A DNA stretch of 64,000 bases from a virus: the IMG/VR virus record IMGVR_UViG_3300045988_039227, positions 1-64,000 of that record; one strand, written 5' to 3'. A model generated the notes under the pieces. The model did no database searches, was not told where the DNA came from, and worked only from the letters and a program-made list of their open reading frames with translations. The first letter of the stretch is position 1. Each line of letters begins with the position of its first letter. A program made the position numbers and the translations under genes. Positions 1 through 8,727 of the stretch are shown here, piece after piece.

Positions 1-101
1 ATTTTTTTTTATTTTACAAGTGTAAAGACGCGAAACAGTGAAATAGCGCTCCCCCGCCCAAGTACGCGATCCGGGATACCCCCGTCAAAGATTCTAGGCA
101 C

Positions 102-138
102 CTAATAAATCATCTACGCCTTTCAAACGATATTAACA
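102..138 (+). promoter_or_regulatory. conserved bipartite upstream box, copy 1 (CTAATAAA-N17-AACGATATTAACA)
   Basis: Sits 18 nt upstream of ATG 156. The same two boxes recur at 631-666 and 1083-1125. Confidence 0.35.
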
Positions 139-155
139 TTTAAAACATAATCATT

Positions 156-347
156 ATGAATAGAACTCTTTGCGCTATTGTTGCAGTGATTATCATTGCA
201 CTTGCTATCATCTTTGATGCATGTATCATTGCATCATATTCACCAACTATGTTCCTTACTATGAGTGATCGCATCCTCCTCTGTGCTATGTGGAGTGTGT
301 TGTTTAGTGGGATAGCATATGGGATATGGGACTGCAGGGCTTTATAA
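156..347 (+). CDS. small hydrophobic (membrane) protein, 63 aa
   Basis: ORF track. Preceded by the conserved upstream box and the leader TTAACATTTAAAACATAATCATT-ATG. TAA stop lies inside a hairpin. Confidence 0.5.
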   Translation: MNRTLCAIVAVIIIALAIIFDACIIASYSPTMFLTMSDRILLCAMWSVLFSGIAYGIWDCRAL

Positions 348-432
348 GCCTTGCTCCCATTTAGTCAAGCAACTAACAAACACATTCTTCATACAGATGA
401 TAATATTAATAACAATTTAAAACATTACAACT

Positions 433-606
433 ATGAATACAAAGACAGTTTACAAAATCGCAGCAGAGACATCAAAGAACTATTGGCAGCACAGTAAGCC
501 ATATAACTCATTTGATGAGTTGATGAAGGACTTTGGTCCTTGGCTTGCTACATGCAAGAATATCAATGTGCGCTTCTATCAAGAGCAGGTAATGATCCCA
601 GAGTAA
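433..606 (+). CDS. small hypothetical protein, 57 aa (below ORF-track cutoff)
   Basis: Hand translation MNTKTVYKIAAETSKNYWQH...VMIPE*. Leader ATATTAATAACAATTTAAAACATTACAACT-ATG resembles those of neighbouring genes. A GTAA-loop hairpin at 597-612 overlaps the stop. Confidence 0.4.
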   Translation: MNTKTVYKIAAETSKNYWQHSKPYNSFDELMKDFGPWLATCKNINVRFYQEQVMIPE

Positions 607-630
607 TCTGGGGTCTTATCCTCTTAACAG

Positions 631-666
631 CTAAGAAATAAATTCATCTATCGAACGATATTAATA
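631..666 (+). promoter_or_regulatory. conserved bipartite upstream box, copy 2
   Basis: CTAAGAAATAAA...AACGATATTAATA, 17 nt upstream of ATG 683. Confidence 0.35.
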
Positions 667-682
667 ATTAAACATAATCAAT

Positions 683-922
683 ATGAAAAAGATCATCATT
701 ATTTCAACATTAGTATGCCTTGTGTCATTTGTTCTTGGTATGTCAGCTGGTTGGCATGGACACAAATCACAATCTCGTGCTGTCTACAAACTTGCTATTC
801 TCAAAGGACAGCTTGCTGATTCTATTATGTCTAACAACAATGTGTATGACATGGACGGATCAGATCAGATGGCATCTTATCTCTATGTTTCAGCTAGATT
901 GGACACATTGCTCGCTAAATAG
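683..922 (+). CDS. small protein with N-terminal TM/signal anchor, 79 aa
   Basis: ORF track with a hydrophobic N-terminus. It terminates with TAG (920-922). Confidence 0.5.
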   Translation: MKKIIIISTLVCLVSFVLGMSAGWHGHKSQSRAVYKLAILKGQLADSIMSNNNVYDMDGSDQMASYLYVSARLDTLLAK

Positions 923-1082
923 CGGGCTTTGTGCCTAATATGCTCTCTAAGGCACGATCTTAGTACACGTGGGATAATTGTACACGCAAGCTATTTGAAC
1001 GCGTTAGAACGCAAATAAAGGGCATTCTAGAGCATATTCTAGTACACGCTGTACTTGGGGCATTCACACTCTCCCTTAGCAT

Positions 1083-1125
1083 CTAATAAACATCTGCTCC
1101 TAACTAACGATAATCAATATTAACA
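1083..1125 (+). promoter_or_regulatory. conserved bipartite upstream box, copy 3
   Basis: CTAATAAA...AACGATAATCAATATTAACA upstream of ATG 1144. Confidence 0.35.
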
Positions 1126-1143
1126 ATTAAATAATTAGCGCAT

Positions 1144-1371
1144 ATGAAAATGAATAAGATTAGAGTAGCAAAAGCTACAGTGAATGGTAAAGAGTCATTA
1201 ATATTTATCGTAGTTAATCCAGACGGAAGAAAGGTGTGCATGACAATGGCTGAGTTGGACGACGAGGGTATGACGGAGGTTATTGTAGCAGACGATGGAT
1301 TCATCACTTCTAAGGATGAAGTAGGCTACGAAGATTCTGAAGATTGCTATAAAGACGAGTGGGACAAATAA
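1144..1371 (+). CDS. small acidic hypothetical protein, 75 aa
   Basis: ORF track. Followed by the hairpin GGGGAGA-ATTGCA-TCTCCCC. Confidence 0.5.
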   Translation: MKMNKIRVAKATVNGKESLIFIVVNPDGRKVCMTMAELDDEGMTEVIVADDGFITSKDEVGYEDSEDCYKDEWDK

Positions 1372-1597
1372 TGGAGTTAGGGGAGAATTGCATCTCTCCC
1401 CAACTTCACATTCTTGCTTGGCAACTAATAAACAAATTCTCCTTAAAGACGAGATTAAACAAATTAAGTTGAGAATTGAGAACAATGGGTATAGATGAGG
1501 GGAACTATCTCACCCGACACACTATTGCTCCTTTTGCTCATCTTCTTTTGTTTATGCCTCATTAATATATAGCGTAATCATCAAAAACTGCAGAATT

Positions 1598-2347
1598 ATG
1601 AATCAGATTATTCCAGGCGCACAGATTGGCGCATTTAAAACAATTAGTCTCTCAATCGGTCAAGCCAAGAAAGCGAACAGAGACGGTAAAATTAGTAAGT
1701 TCTTGGTAATTGGTATGAAGAACAAGAAGTCTCTCTTAGGCAAGAAACAGAATGTCATCTTATTTGATGATGATCTCAGTCCTGAGATATTCGCTGTTCT
1801 TCAGAAGTATGCTACACCATCAGCTGACCCTAATCATCAGGGAGGATTTGATGTTAATCTGGCAAACTTCAAAACTGGACCAGAATTTGCACAAGACCCA
1901 GATACATGGGGTCAGTTGCTCGAATTTCCTGGTGGCTGTTTTGAAGAGTATGAGTTCGCTAAAGGACCGTGCTATGCTAATCAGATTGATGGTAGCCCAA
2001 CACTGGATGGCAACAATCAGAAGGTAATCCGCAGCAGCATTTCAGTCTTTGTACAGATTGACTTCATTGATGCTAACGGAGTTACTCACTACATTGAGCC
2101 ATACAGCAAGAATGCACAGGGTGCTCGCATGGAACAGCGCTTCTTCCGCAATCCTGTTGAAGGTACAGCCACGCAACAAGCTGCATTTGACCCAACATCA
2201 TTGATGGGTGGCGGTCAGCAGCCAACTGCACAGCAACAGCAAGCTCAGCAACCAGCTCCACAACAGCCTGGTATGGCAGCAGCTCAAGTTCCTCCAGCTC
2301 CACAAGCTCCAGGTGCACCCGCAGCTCCAGGCGCTCAAGCGTATTAA
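1598..2347 (+). CDS. hypothetical protein with Gln/Pro/Ala-rich C-terminal tail, 249 aa
   Basis: ORF track. The low-complexity tail is GGGQQPTAQQQQAQQPAPQQPGMAAAQVPPAPQAPGAPAAPGAQAY. Followed by a UUCG-capped hairpin at 2354-2369. Confidence 0.7.
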   Translation: MNQIIPGAQIGAFKTISLSIGQAKKANRDGKISKFLVIGMKNKKSLLGKKQNVILFDDDLSPEIFAVLQKYATPSADPNHQGGFDVNLANFKTGPEFAQDPDTWGQLLEFPGGCFEEYEFAKGPCYANQIDGSPTLDGNNQKVIRSSISVFVQIDFIDANGVTHYIEPYSKNAQGARMEQRFFRNPVEGTATQQAAFDPTSLMGGGQQPTAQQQQAQQPAPQQPGMAAAQVPPAPQAPGAPAAPGAQAY

Positions 2348-2426
2348 CACATTGTCTCCTTCGGGGGACTTTGTGTTTGGAATGGATATAGCGAAATTAA
2401 TATAGTACGCGTTAAGCATAATCAAT

Positions 2427-2555
2427 ATGAAAGGGACAAATTATATCGATCATAGATTTCCATGCAAAGATATGATTAGAGACGTTGTTGTCGGTAGAGG
2501 ATGGATTGCGGCTCTAGATATTAATGGGGATCTATTATACTTGGTTATACGAGAT
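2427..2555 (+). CDS. very small hypothetical ORF, 42 aa
   Basis: Hand translation MKGTNYIDHRFPCKDMIRD.... Preceded by a GCATAATCAAT-ATG leader like the other early genes. Confidence 0.25.
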
Positions 2556-2757
2556 TAAAGACTCCTTAAATAATTGCACAATACGCAAGAATGAAGGTTT
2601 TGCCAAGTGTGGCAAGGCAGTAGATCGTTTCACATATATCACGGTCTGTGAAGATAGTGATATATTTTTAATGCAAGACAAAATAAGACGCATAATAAAT
2701 ATATCAAAAGTGATACGTTTATCTTACAATACAACCATCTATAAAATAGTATCGTAG
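2524..2757 (+). CDS. hypothetical protein, 77 aa (overlaps 2427..2555)
   Basis: ORF track only. TAG stop. Confidence 0.3.
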   Translation: MGIYYTWLYEIKDSLNNCTIRKNEGFAKCGKAVDRFTYITVCEDSDIFLMQDKIRRIINISKVIRLSYNTTIYKIVS

Positions 2758-2764
2758 ACAGTAA

Positions 2765-3068
2765 TGTGGCGGTCATGGTCCCAAGCCCATGCACTACAAC
2801 ACGTGCTTATAGTACTTGCAAAGCTATAAGATGTCGATTGTGGGACACAGAGGGAGTCGCCCGCTTTTATAGGTAACAGTATTACATGTATGCTGAGTAT
2901 CCAACAGGATCTTGAGAACGTATGCAATAAGGGTTGCGGATACTCTACGACAATCTGGAGAGACGGATAGTGGTGATAATGCACACATCCTAAAATGCAG
3001 GGGGCATATGTGAGGGCATTCTAGTGAACATTTAGGTGAGTCACATGGTTCGAGTCCAGTCACCACTC
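2765..3068 (+). ncRNA. ORF-free structured element ending in a T-loop hairpin (candidate ncRNA)
   Basis: No + strand ORF. The 5' GTGGCGG can pair with the 3' TCACCAC. The 3' end carries GGTTCGAGTCC inside a GGTGA/TCACC stem. It does not fold as a canonical tRNA. Confidence 0.35.
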
Positions 3069-3161
3069 AACTATTATGTTTATGGTTTCTTTCCCAGGTA
3101 TATTGGTTCGTGAGAATAGGTATACCATTATGTGTGATTACTAATCAAACATTATATAATT

Positions 3162-3452
3162 ATGGATGAAAATAAACATTCTTTCATGGACCAATTAAAC
3201 TTGTTCTTTGTAGGAGCAGTTATTGGCGCTATTATTGGATCCTGCTTTAGTATTAATGTCTATAAAGGCAGAAATAATAAGGCAGAGAATAAACTGAAAG
3301 CATATGAACAGTACTATAAATGTACTGAGACATTGCTTGACTCTCTCGATGGCACACATGATCTTGACCTCATGGATACAGACCTTGAGACAGATTATGG
3401 TGTAGATTATTTGGAAGCAAAATCTAAGGTAGATGAATTAATTGTAAAGTAA
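3162..3452 (+). CDS. small membrane-anchored protein, 96 aa
   Basis: ORF track. TM segment LFFVGAVIGAIIGSCF. Confidence 0.55.
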   Translation: MDENKHSFMDQLNLFFVGAVIGAIIGSCFSINVYKGRNNKAENKLKAYEQYYKCTETLLDSLDGTHDLDLMDTDLETDYGVDYLEAKSKVDELIVK

Positions 3453-3475
3453 TATGGCTATATCTGAAATTATTT

Positions 3476-3685
3476 ATGAAATCACTACAGACATCTGGTA
3501 CTCATAAAACGTATAAGCCAGGACAACTAGTCACAATTAATCATCGTGTATTTAGAATTGTAAAAAGATATTGGTGTAAAGATGATTGTTTGTGCTGTTT
3601 TGATAGAAATTATGAAAAATATGATTTCTGTATGGAACTACCATTAGGATTAATGATTAAACCAATATTAAAACATAAGGGTTGA
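3476..3685 (+). CDS. small Cys-rich protein, 69 aa
   Basis: ORF track. Cys cluster CKDDCLCCF...FC. The stop lies inside the 7-bp hairpin GGGTTGA/TCAACCC. Confidence 0.5.
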   Translation: MKSLQTSGTHKTYKPGQLVTINHRVFRIVKRYWCKDDCLCCFDRNYEKYDFCMELPLGLMIKPILKHKG

Positions 3686-3827
3686 GTTGCATCAACCCTA
3701 AGTGTTTAATGTAGCCGTAGGGAGTCCAAAGCCTCCAAAGGGAAACCGAATTACAGATGGAACACAAAGCTCAAGTATAGGTGAGAAGTAGTCCTATGCA
3801 AGTAAATAATGTTTAATTATCAAAATT

Positions 3828-4238
3828 ATGAACATTTTAGAGAAATTAATGGGTAATGATTACCCAAAGTTTGAAACATCAGTTTGCGCTGACAGTGACA
3901 AAACAACTGTAACAGTTCATCGTACACTGTCTCCAGATCATGTCGACTTGGATTCTACAACGTATGTAGAGACCAAGTTTAAGAAAGATATCCCAATTCT
4001 CAAAACAATTTGGGTTTCGAAAGACGATGAAACAGACGAACAGACTATCCATGTGACAGTCGAAGTCAATGGTAAGTTTAATAGTTTTAAGTTTATCAAA
4101 GATCTTGTGAATATCGCAGCAGGTATCAATGAGATTGCAGAAGATAAACTCAGTGAGCCTGAGGTTATCAAGAACATTGGGTTGGATTGTAAACCATTCA
4201 TTGCTAATGAGCCAGAAGAAACAAAAGCAGACGCATAA
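3828..4238 (+). CDS. hypothetical acidic protein, 136 aa
   Basis: ORF track. Leader ATTATCAAAATT-ATG. Confidence 0.65.
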   Translation: MNILEKLMGNDYPKFETSVCADSDKTTVTVHRTLSPDHVDLDSTTYVETKFKKDIPILKTIWVSKDDETDEQTIHVTVEVNGKFNSFKFIKDLVNIAAGINEIAEDKLSEPEVIKNIGLDCKPFIANEPEETKADA

Positions 4239-4462
4239 CCAAGCAGTTAAGCCACAATCGGCAAAAGGGAAACCTGATGCTGAGTATCTTAACTACAAGG
4301 TAGTCGCTAAAGAGGGAGGATCTACAATGATCCTCTCTTCAGGGTTAAGTAAAGTCAATGCTAAATCTCTTGAGAATACTTTGAATAGTTATATTAATAA
4401 CAAGCATTCAAATGTTCCAGGAGCTGGCAAGACAAGTGTTAAATTCATAACAATTCATTAGT

Positions 4463-4825
4463 ATGATTGATATTTTTATCGACGATGATAATAAAGTTAC
4501 AATAAAAACCACAAATGGTCTCGCTGAAACAGAAGTTGCAACAGCAGTAGTACTAGAAGCAATGAGAAATCTCAAAAAACCAGAAGAGGCTATCCCAAAG
4601 GTTCATGTATTATACCTACAAAATTGCGGTGATGCAAAATTACAGTGCGTTAAAGCTGTTAAAGAGAACTTGTTGCTAGGTTTAAAAGAGGCTAAAGATC
4701 TTTGTGATGCAGCATCAGGTAATACAAAACCAGAAATCACAAGATCTCTTGACATAAATTATTTGAATAGACTCAAATGTCGCATTGAAGAGAGTGGCGC
4801 TTCTTGTTTTATTGATAAATTATGA
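4463..4825 (+). CDS. ribosomal protein L7/L12 C-terminal-domain homolog, 120 aa
   Basis: [28 protein letters not shown]...RIEESGA aligns by eye with the E. coli RplL C-terminal domain [27 protein letters not shown]...LEEAGAEVEVK. The L12 N-terminal dimerisation/L10-binding region is not recognisable. Confidence 0.7.
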   Translation: [120 protein letters not shown]

Positions 4826-4831
4826 TCAAAA

Positions 4832-5212
4832 ATGGGTGTAAAATTATACGAAAAGCCGGACAAGCATGGTCCTGGCCCATTAATAGCGATAGTCGTAGTA
4901 ATAATATTATTACTCCTGACATCAAAGTGTCACGCACAGCAAAAAGCTGTAATCGACACAGTGGTTTGTAAGGTTGAGTGTATTAAACAAATAGTACAAA
5001 AACCAAGTGTTAACGGTAAAACCGTTAAGTATATGGCTGTATATGTTGATAAATCGGCAGGATTCTCAGAGGTTATTCCAATCTCAAAGAGTGTTGTAGA
5101 TTATATTAGCACGTGCAAGCAATTCTCTATTGCGCCAAACATTGGTATAAGGTTAAGAAATGGTGTAATCACATCAATAGTACGTTATAAAATTAAATTT
5201 GTACACAAATGA
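4832..5212 (+). CDS. signal-anchored or secreted protein, 126 aa
   Basis: ORF track. Hydrophobic segment LIAIVVVIILLLLTSKC. Confidence 0.6.
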   Translation: MGVKLYEKPDKHGPGPLIAIVVVIILLLLTSKCHAQQKAVIDTVVCKVECIKQIVQKPSVNGKTVKYMAVYVDKSAGFSEVIPISKSVVDYISTCKQFSIAPNIGIRLRNGVITSIVRYKIKFVHK

Positions 5213-5664
5213 AATTTCAACCAAATGATGTTGTGCGCCAAATATTGCCAAGTGGTATAAATGTAGGAGGTTTAATGGTTGTAATAAGTAGTACGCGAGA
5301 TAAGTGTACTGCTGTTAGAGACGTGGTAACCGGGAAGTGTTATATGTACAGATCAATAAGTCTTGAAAAAGTTGGAGAAACTACAAAGATTATGGTTAGC
5401 AAAGAAGATATGGATAGAATTATCTCAACAAAAGAAATAGGTATATTCTATCATATAATATCTCCAGTATACGATAAACTATATGCTAATCCATCAAGAT
5501 TTGTATGTTTTGTACTAGCTAGTAAAGGTAATACTGTACGTAGAACATTTCAACTTGGAAAAATATCTAGAGTATTACGAAAAGTTGGAGAAACTCGTAA
5601 AGGTTATCAAATCGTCTCAGTAAAGCAACCAATGTACAAGCTACAATTAATTGGTGAACTATGA
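5209..5664 (+). CDS. hypothetical protein, 151 aa
   Basis: ORF track. Its start overlaps the upstream stop in an ATGA overlap. Confidence 0.65.
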   Translation: MKFQPNDVVRQILPSGINVGGLMVVISSTRDKCTAVRDVVTGKCYMYRSISLEKVGETTKIMVSKEDMDRIISTKEIGIFYHIISPVYDKLYANPSRFVCFVLASKGNTVRRTFQLGKISRVLRKVGETRKGYQIVSVKQPMYKLQLIGEL

Positions 5665-5846
5665 GCAAAAAACTTAGTCCTGGCAGAATCTACAAAATAA
5701 ATGGCATCGTTGTTAGGGCTAAACGTCAAGCGACATGTGAAGGTTGTATCTTTGATAATTTATTCTCTTGCCCAAGAGTTGTAGATGCAAAAAGAGAAAT
5801 AACTATCACATGTCGTGAAGATAGTGTAATATTTACTAATCCGTAA
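5661..5846 (+). CDS. small Cys-containing protein, 61 aa
   Basis: ORF track. ATGA overlap with the upstream gene. Contains CEGC...C...C. Confidence 0.5.
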   Translation: MSKKLSPGRIYKINGIVVRAKRQATCEGCIFDNLFSCPRVVDAKREITITCREDSVIFTNP

Positions 5847-5850
5847 CAAC

Positions 5851-6123
5851 ATGGCAAAACGTAGAAAGAACGGTCAAATGTCTGACAGTGAATTAGAGAC
5901 TAGAAGACATCACTCATCATTACGTAAGCTTAAAGCTCATTGTAGCGATGTAAATGTGGAATTGAAAAATTTTGAATCTGCGACTCCTGATGATATGTGC
6001 GTATTATCATTAGATGATGTAGATTTGGGATCAAGAAGGAATTATTTAACAGTTGACAACGATTCGTGGTTTGTTGATGAAGACAGCTATGAAGAGATAT
6101 CACAAATAGCATTATACTTATGA
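5851..6123 (+). CDS. hypothetical acidic protein, 90 aa
   Basis: ORF track. Confidence 0.55.
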   Translation: MAKRRKNGQMSDSELETRRHHSSLRKLKAHCSDVNVELKNFESATPDDMCVLSLDDVDLGSRRNYLTVDNDSWFVDEDSYEEISQIALYL

Positions 6124-6320
6124 GAAAAGAATATGGAGAGCTATTAGTATCAATAGTGTTAATAATTATTTCAGCATTCCCACTTTTTGACTTACTATAC
6201 AATGTAACAAATATAAATAACATAAGCGATTTTTCGCTGGTGGTAATAATTGTTATGTTGATAGTAATCTTGATCTCCAGTATTATATATTTTATATCCT
6301 ACTGGATGGAAAAATTTTAG
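6120..6320 (+). CDS. small two-TM membrane protein, 66 aa
   Basis: ORF track. ATGA overlap with the upstream gene. TAG stop at 6318-6320. Confidence 0.5.
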   Translation: MRKEYGELLVSIVLIIISAFPLFDLLYNVTNINNISDFSLVVIIVMLIVILISSIIYFISYWMEKF

Positions 6321-6480
6321 TTGCATTTCAAGGGGGCAGTTTATGCTGTCCCCGAGATTTATTAGGTTAAAGGCCTACATAACAGTTCAAGTCTGTATAA
6401 AATCACGCATTATAGCGCACTGGGGAGAGTTTCGGCAGTATCTAAGAAAGGGGTAAAAACAAGACGAAAAACTGCCATTT

Positions 6481-6554
6481 GGACTTGTAGCTCAGCAGGT
6501 TAGAGCAACAGACTCATAATCTGGAGGTCCTAGGTTCAAGCCCTAGCTGGTCCA
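6481..6554 (+). tRNA. tRNA-Met(CAU): tRNA-Met (anticodon CAU; an Ile2-type lysidine tRNA is not excluded)
   Basis: Hand-folded cloverleaf. Acceptor GGACTTG/CTGGTCC; D stem GCTC/GAGC; anticodon loop CTCATAA (CAT at 6515-6517); T arm CTAGG-TTCAAGC-CCTAG; discriminator A. Confidence 0.85.
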
Positions 6555-6625
6555 CAATAGATGATTCCGTATATCTATAAATCCCGGATAGTTAACATTT
6601 GTTAAATCTCTAATAAATTATCAAA

Positions 6626-7117
6626 ATGAAGAGATTATTTGAAAAGCTTAGCATGTGCTTAATCATGCTTATTGTAGCTATCACAGTGTCATCATGTGAC
6701 TATGTGAAGCAAACGAAAAGCGAAATCAGACATGATGATTCGCTTATGGTGTCAAAAATGATGCAGGAAACTGATAATCCTACATTCGCCAACTACTCTG
6801 ATGCGTTAGTGTATCAGAAAGCTGAAGGTCAATGGAGACATCAGGATTCTGTGTTCTTCCGTATACCTGAAAAGGTTATGCGTGATGTGGTGTCGGTCTT
6901 AGAGAAATCTGGGGAACCGATAAACAAGAGAAGTATATCTCATGAGTTCGAAATGAACAAGCATGTGTATCTGAATCTTCCTGATAAACGGGATCAATAC
7001 AGTGCTATTACTCCTCCTGACATACCCAACACGAAAGTCGTTGACACTATTATCGACGGTAAGCATGTGCAGCTCGTGCAGTCCTCCAGTACAAACATTA
7101 TGACAAAGGAGGATTAG
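6626..7117 (+). CDS. putative lipoprotein, 163 aa
   Basis: Signal peptide ending in the lipobox-like VSSC. Leader AAATTATCAAA-ATG. Confidence 0.7.
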   Translation: MKRLFEKLSMCLIMLIVAITVSSCDYVKQTKSEIRHDDSLMVSKMMQETDNPTFANYSDALVYQKAEGQWRHQDSVFFRIPEKVMRDVVSVLEKSGEPINKRSISHEFEMNKHVYLNLPDKRDQYSAITPPDIPNTKVVDTIIDGKHVQLVQSSSTNIMTKED

Positions 7118-7119
7118 CT

Positions 7120-7542
7120 ATGAAGCGATACATCATTATTTCTTTCGATGGCTCAAGCCTTAGCCCAAATGAAGTTATGTCTATAGCTACAGAGTTAAAG
7201 GCTATAAAGCCAAGCGTCGAGAACGTCCATGCAGTAACGATGGATGAGACAGAGGTTAACTCTGTTATTGTGCGCCATGCAGAGAACAAGAATGCTACAG
7301 AATTGTCTGTTGCAGAATCTGCGTGCATCTACGTAAAAGAGAAGTTTGGTAAGTATTTCAACTCTAAGATGAAATTGTTACTTGCATTGTCTGAGGCTGT
7401 AAATAACGAGCCTAATAACGAATCTCTCAAGAACGCTATTAAGGTTATATCTTGTGGAGTTTTTAGTAAGAAACTCCATGACTATTACGAAATCTCTACA
7501 GATGTTATCCAGGTATTTAAAATGGTTCAAAGTAACATGTAA
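7120..7542 (+). CDS. hypothetical protein, 140 aa
   Basis: ORF track. Confidence 0.65.
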   Translation: MKRYIIISFDGSSLSPNEVMSIATELKAIKPSVENVHAVTMDETEVNSVIVRHAENKNATELSVAESACIYVKEKFGKYFNSKMKLLLALSEAVNNEPNNESLKNAIKVISCGVFSKKLHDYYEISTDVIQVFKMVQSNM

Positions 7543-7656
7543 TTATGTGTAGAACACAACGTAATACAAAGAAAGTGTATCGTCCACGTCACGCAGAAGC
7601 TAAAGCAAAGGCTTATAAGCGTGACAAGTTTCAGAACAAGTTAAATCCTCTCGATT

Positions 7657-7890
7657 ATGTGGAAAATTCCAGTATATACGATCAAGGGTAAGGTGAAGGG
7701 TAAGAATACAAAAACATTAGTATTCGAATCCAAATACCCTAACGAGAATCAAGCTAAAGAGGCTAGATCCGCGCTCATTCATTTGGCTAACTGTACCCAC
7801 AAAGCTCCATGCGATATCACCATTAACAACGATGGTGCAGTGTTCGTTAAGAATCCATCCTGGAGTGTGGGTGAAGTAACAATATGTTAA
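7657..7890 (+). CDS. hypothetical protein, 77 aa
   Basis: ORF track. An alternative 48-aa basic ORF (7545..7691) overlaps its start. Confidence 0.45.
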   Translation: MWKIPVYTIKGKVKGKNTKTLVFESKYPNENQAKEARSALIHLANCTHKAPCDITINNDGAVFVKNPSWSVGEVTIC

Positions 7891-7926
7891 TTAATTTTAT
7901 TTACAAACATTTTAAACATTATCAAA

Positions 7927-8421
7927 ATGGCAAAAGCAGAAACAAAAGGCGCTGCTAAAGAGCAGCAGAATGCGTCAGTAGACAACGTGGTAGAGAAGTT
8001 GGTTAAGGGTAATCTCGTAACCGACATCGCAGACAAGGCGGCAGAAGAGATCCGCCAGGACGAAGAGAAACGTAAGATTTCTCAAGTCAAGGAGATCGTT
8101 AAGTGTGCTGACTACTTGAGAATCAAGGAACTTCTCAATGTCCGTAAGGACCGTGCGAAGGCAAAGATCACTCTTGATATTCTGAAGAAGCGTACAGATT
8201 TGCTGGCTCGTCTTCTGGGCAAGGACGAGAATGGTACCGTCGTTCCTGACGACCAGAAGATTACACCAAATCAGTTCCGCGATCTTTCGCAGAAGATCGA
8301 TGAGGATCAGCGTAAGCAGATGAACGAATTGAACCAGGAATACGAGAAGCACGACCGTGAGTTGCGCAGTAAGTATCCTAACAATTGGTATTATGCCAAC
8401 TATCAATTCGATCGCTTCTAA
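7927..8421 (+). CDS. charged coiled-coil-like protein, 164 aa
   Basis: ORF track. Has the strong leader CAAACATTTTAAACATTATCAAA-ATG. Confidence 0.7.
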   Translation: MAKAETKGAAKEQQNASVDNVVEKLVKGNLVTDIADKAAEEIRQDEEKRKISQVKEIVKCADYLRIKELLNVRKDRAKAKITLDILKKRTDLLARLLGKDENGTVVPDDQKITPNQFRDLSQKIDEDQRKQMNELNQEYEKHDRELRSKYPNNWYYANYQFDRF

Positions 8422-8432
8422 TTCTTCTTCTA

Positions 8433-8457
8433 GTACAAGTATCTTCGTATCACGTAC
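8433..8457 (+). repeat. conserved-loop hairpin, copy 1 (loop AAGTATCTTCGTATCAC)
   Basis: The loop is closed by GTAC/GTAC. Confidence 0.6.
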
Positions 8458-8527
8458 ATGGATTCTGAGGTACTGTAGAGGGTCTTAAGAAGACGGGTCA
8501 GTGAAGGAATCTCAGAATGAATTAACA

Positions 8528-8560
8528 TTCTCATCAAGTATCTTCGTATCACGATGAGAA
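8528..8560 (+). repeat. conserved-loop hairpin, copy 2
   Basis: The same 17-nt loop is closed by a perfect 8-bp stem, TTCTCATC/GATGAGAA. Confidence 0.7.
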
Positions 8561-8701
8561 GAAGAGATGTGAACCCACACAGTAAATTGGGACAGTAGAT
8601 CAAACAATATGTTTTGTGCGTATCATTGTATCGGGGAGATTTAATTGCTCTGAGAAAGTTAATTGAACCCTGCAAAATATATCAAAAATGCTGAATATAG
8701 C

Positions 8702-8727
8702 CCTCTAAGTATCTTCGTATCATGAGG
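8702..8727 (+). repeat. conserved-loop hairpin, copy 3
   Basis: Loop AAGTATCTTCGTATCA is closed by CCTC/GAGG. Confidence 0.55.

Noticed and set aside
2765-3068. A tmRNA hypothesis for the roughly 300-nt elements with tRNA-like ends. It was also considered for 8563-8939.
   Set aside because: There is no G3.U70 alanine identity pair and the T stems are poor (3 bp). No plausible tag reading frame ends in a hydrophobic ...AA stop, and there is no tmRNA-like 5' GGGGCUGAUUCUGGAUUCGAC.
7545-7691. A 48-aa highly basic ORF (MCRTQRNTKKVYRPRHAEAKAKAYKRDKF...) overlapping the start of 7657..7890.
   Set aside because: It is too short and overlaps a longer ORF. It cannot be distinguished from chance without comparative data.
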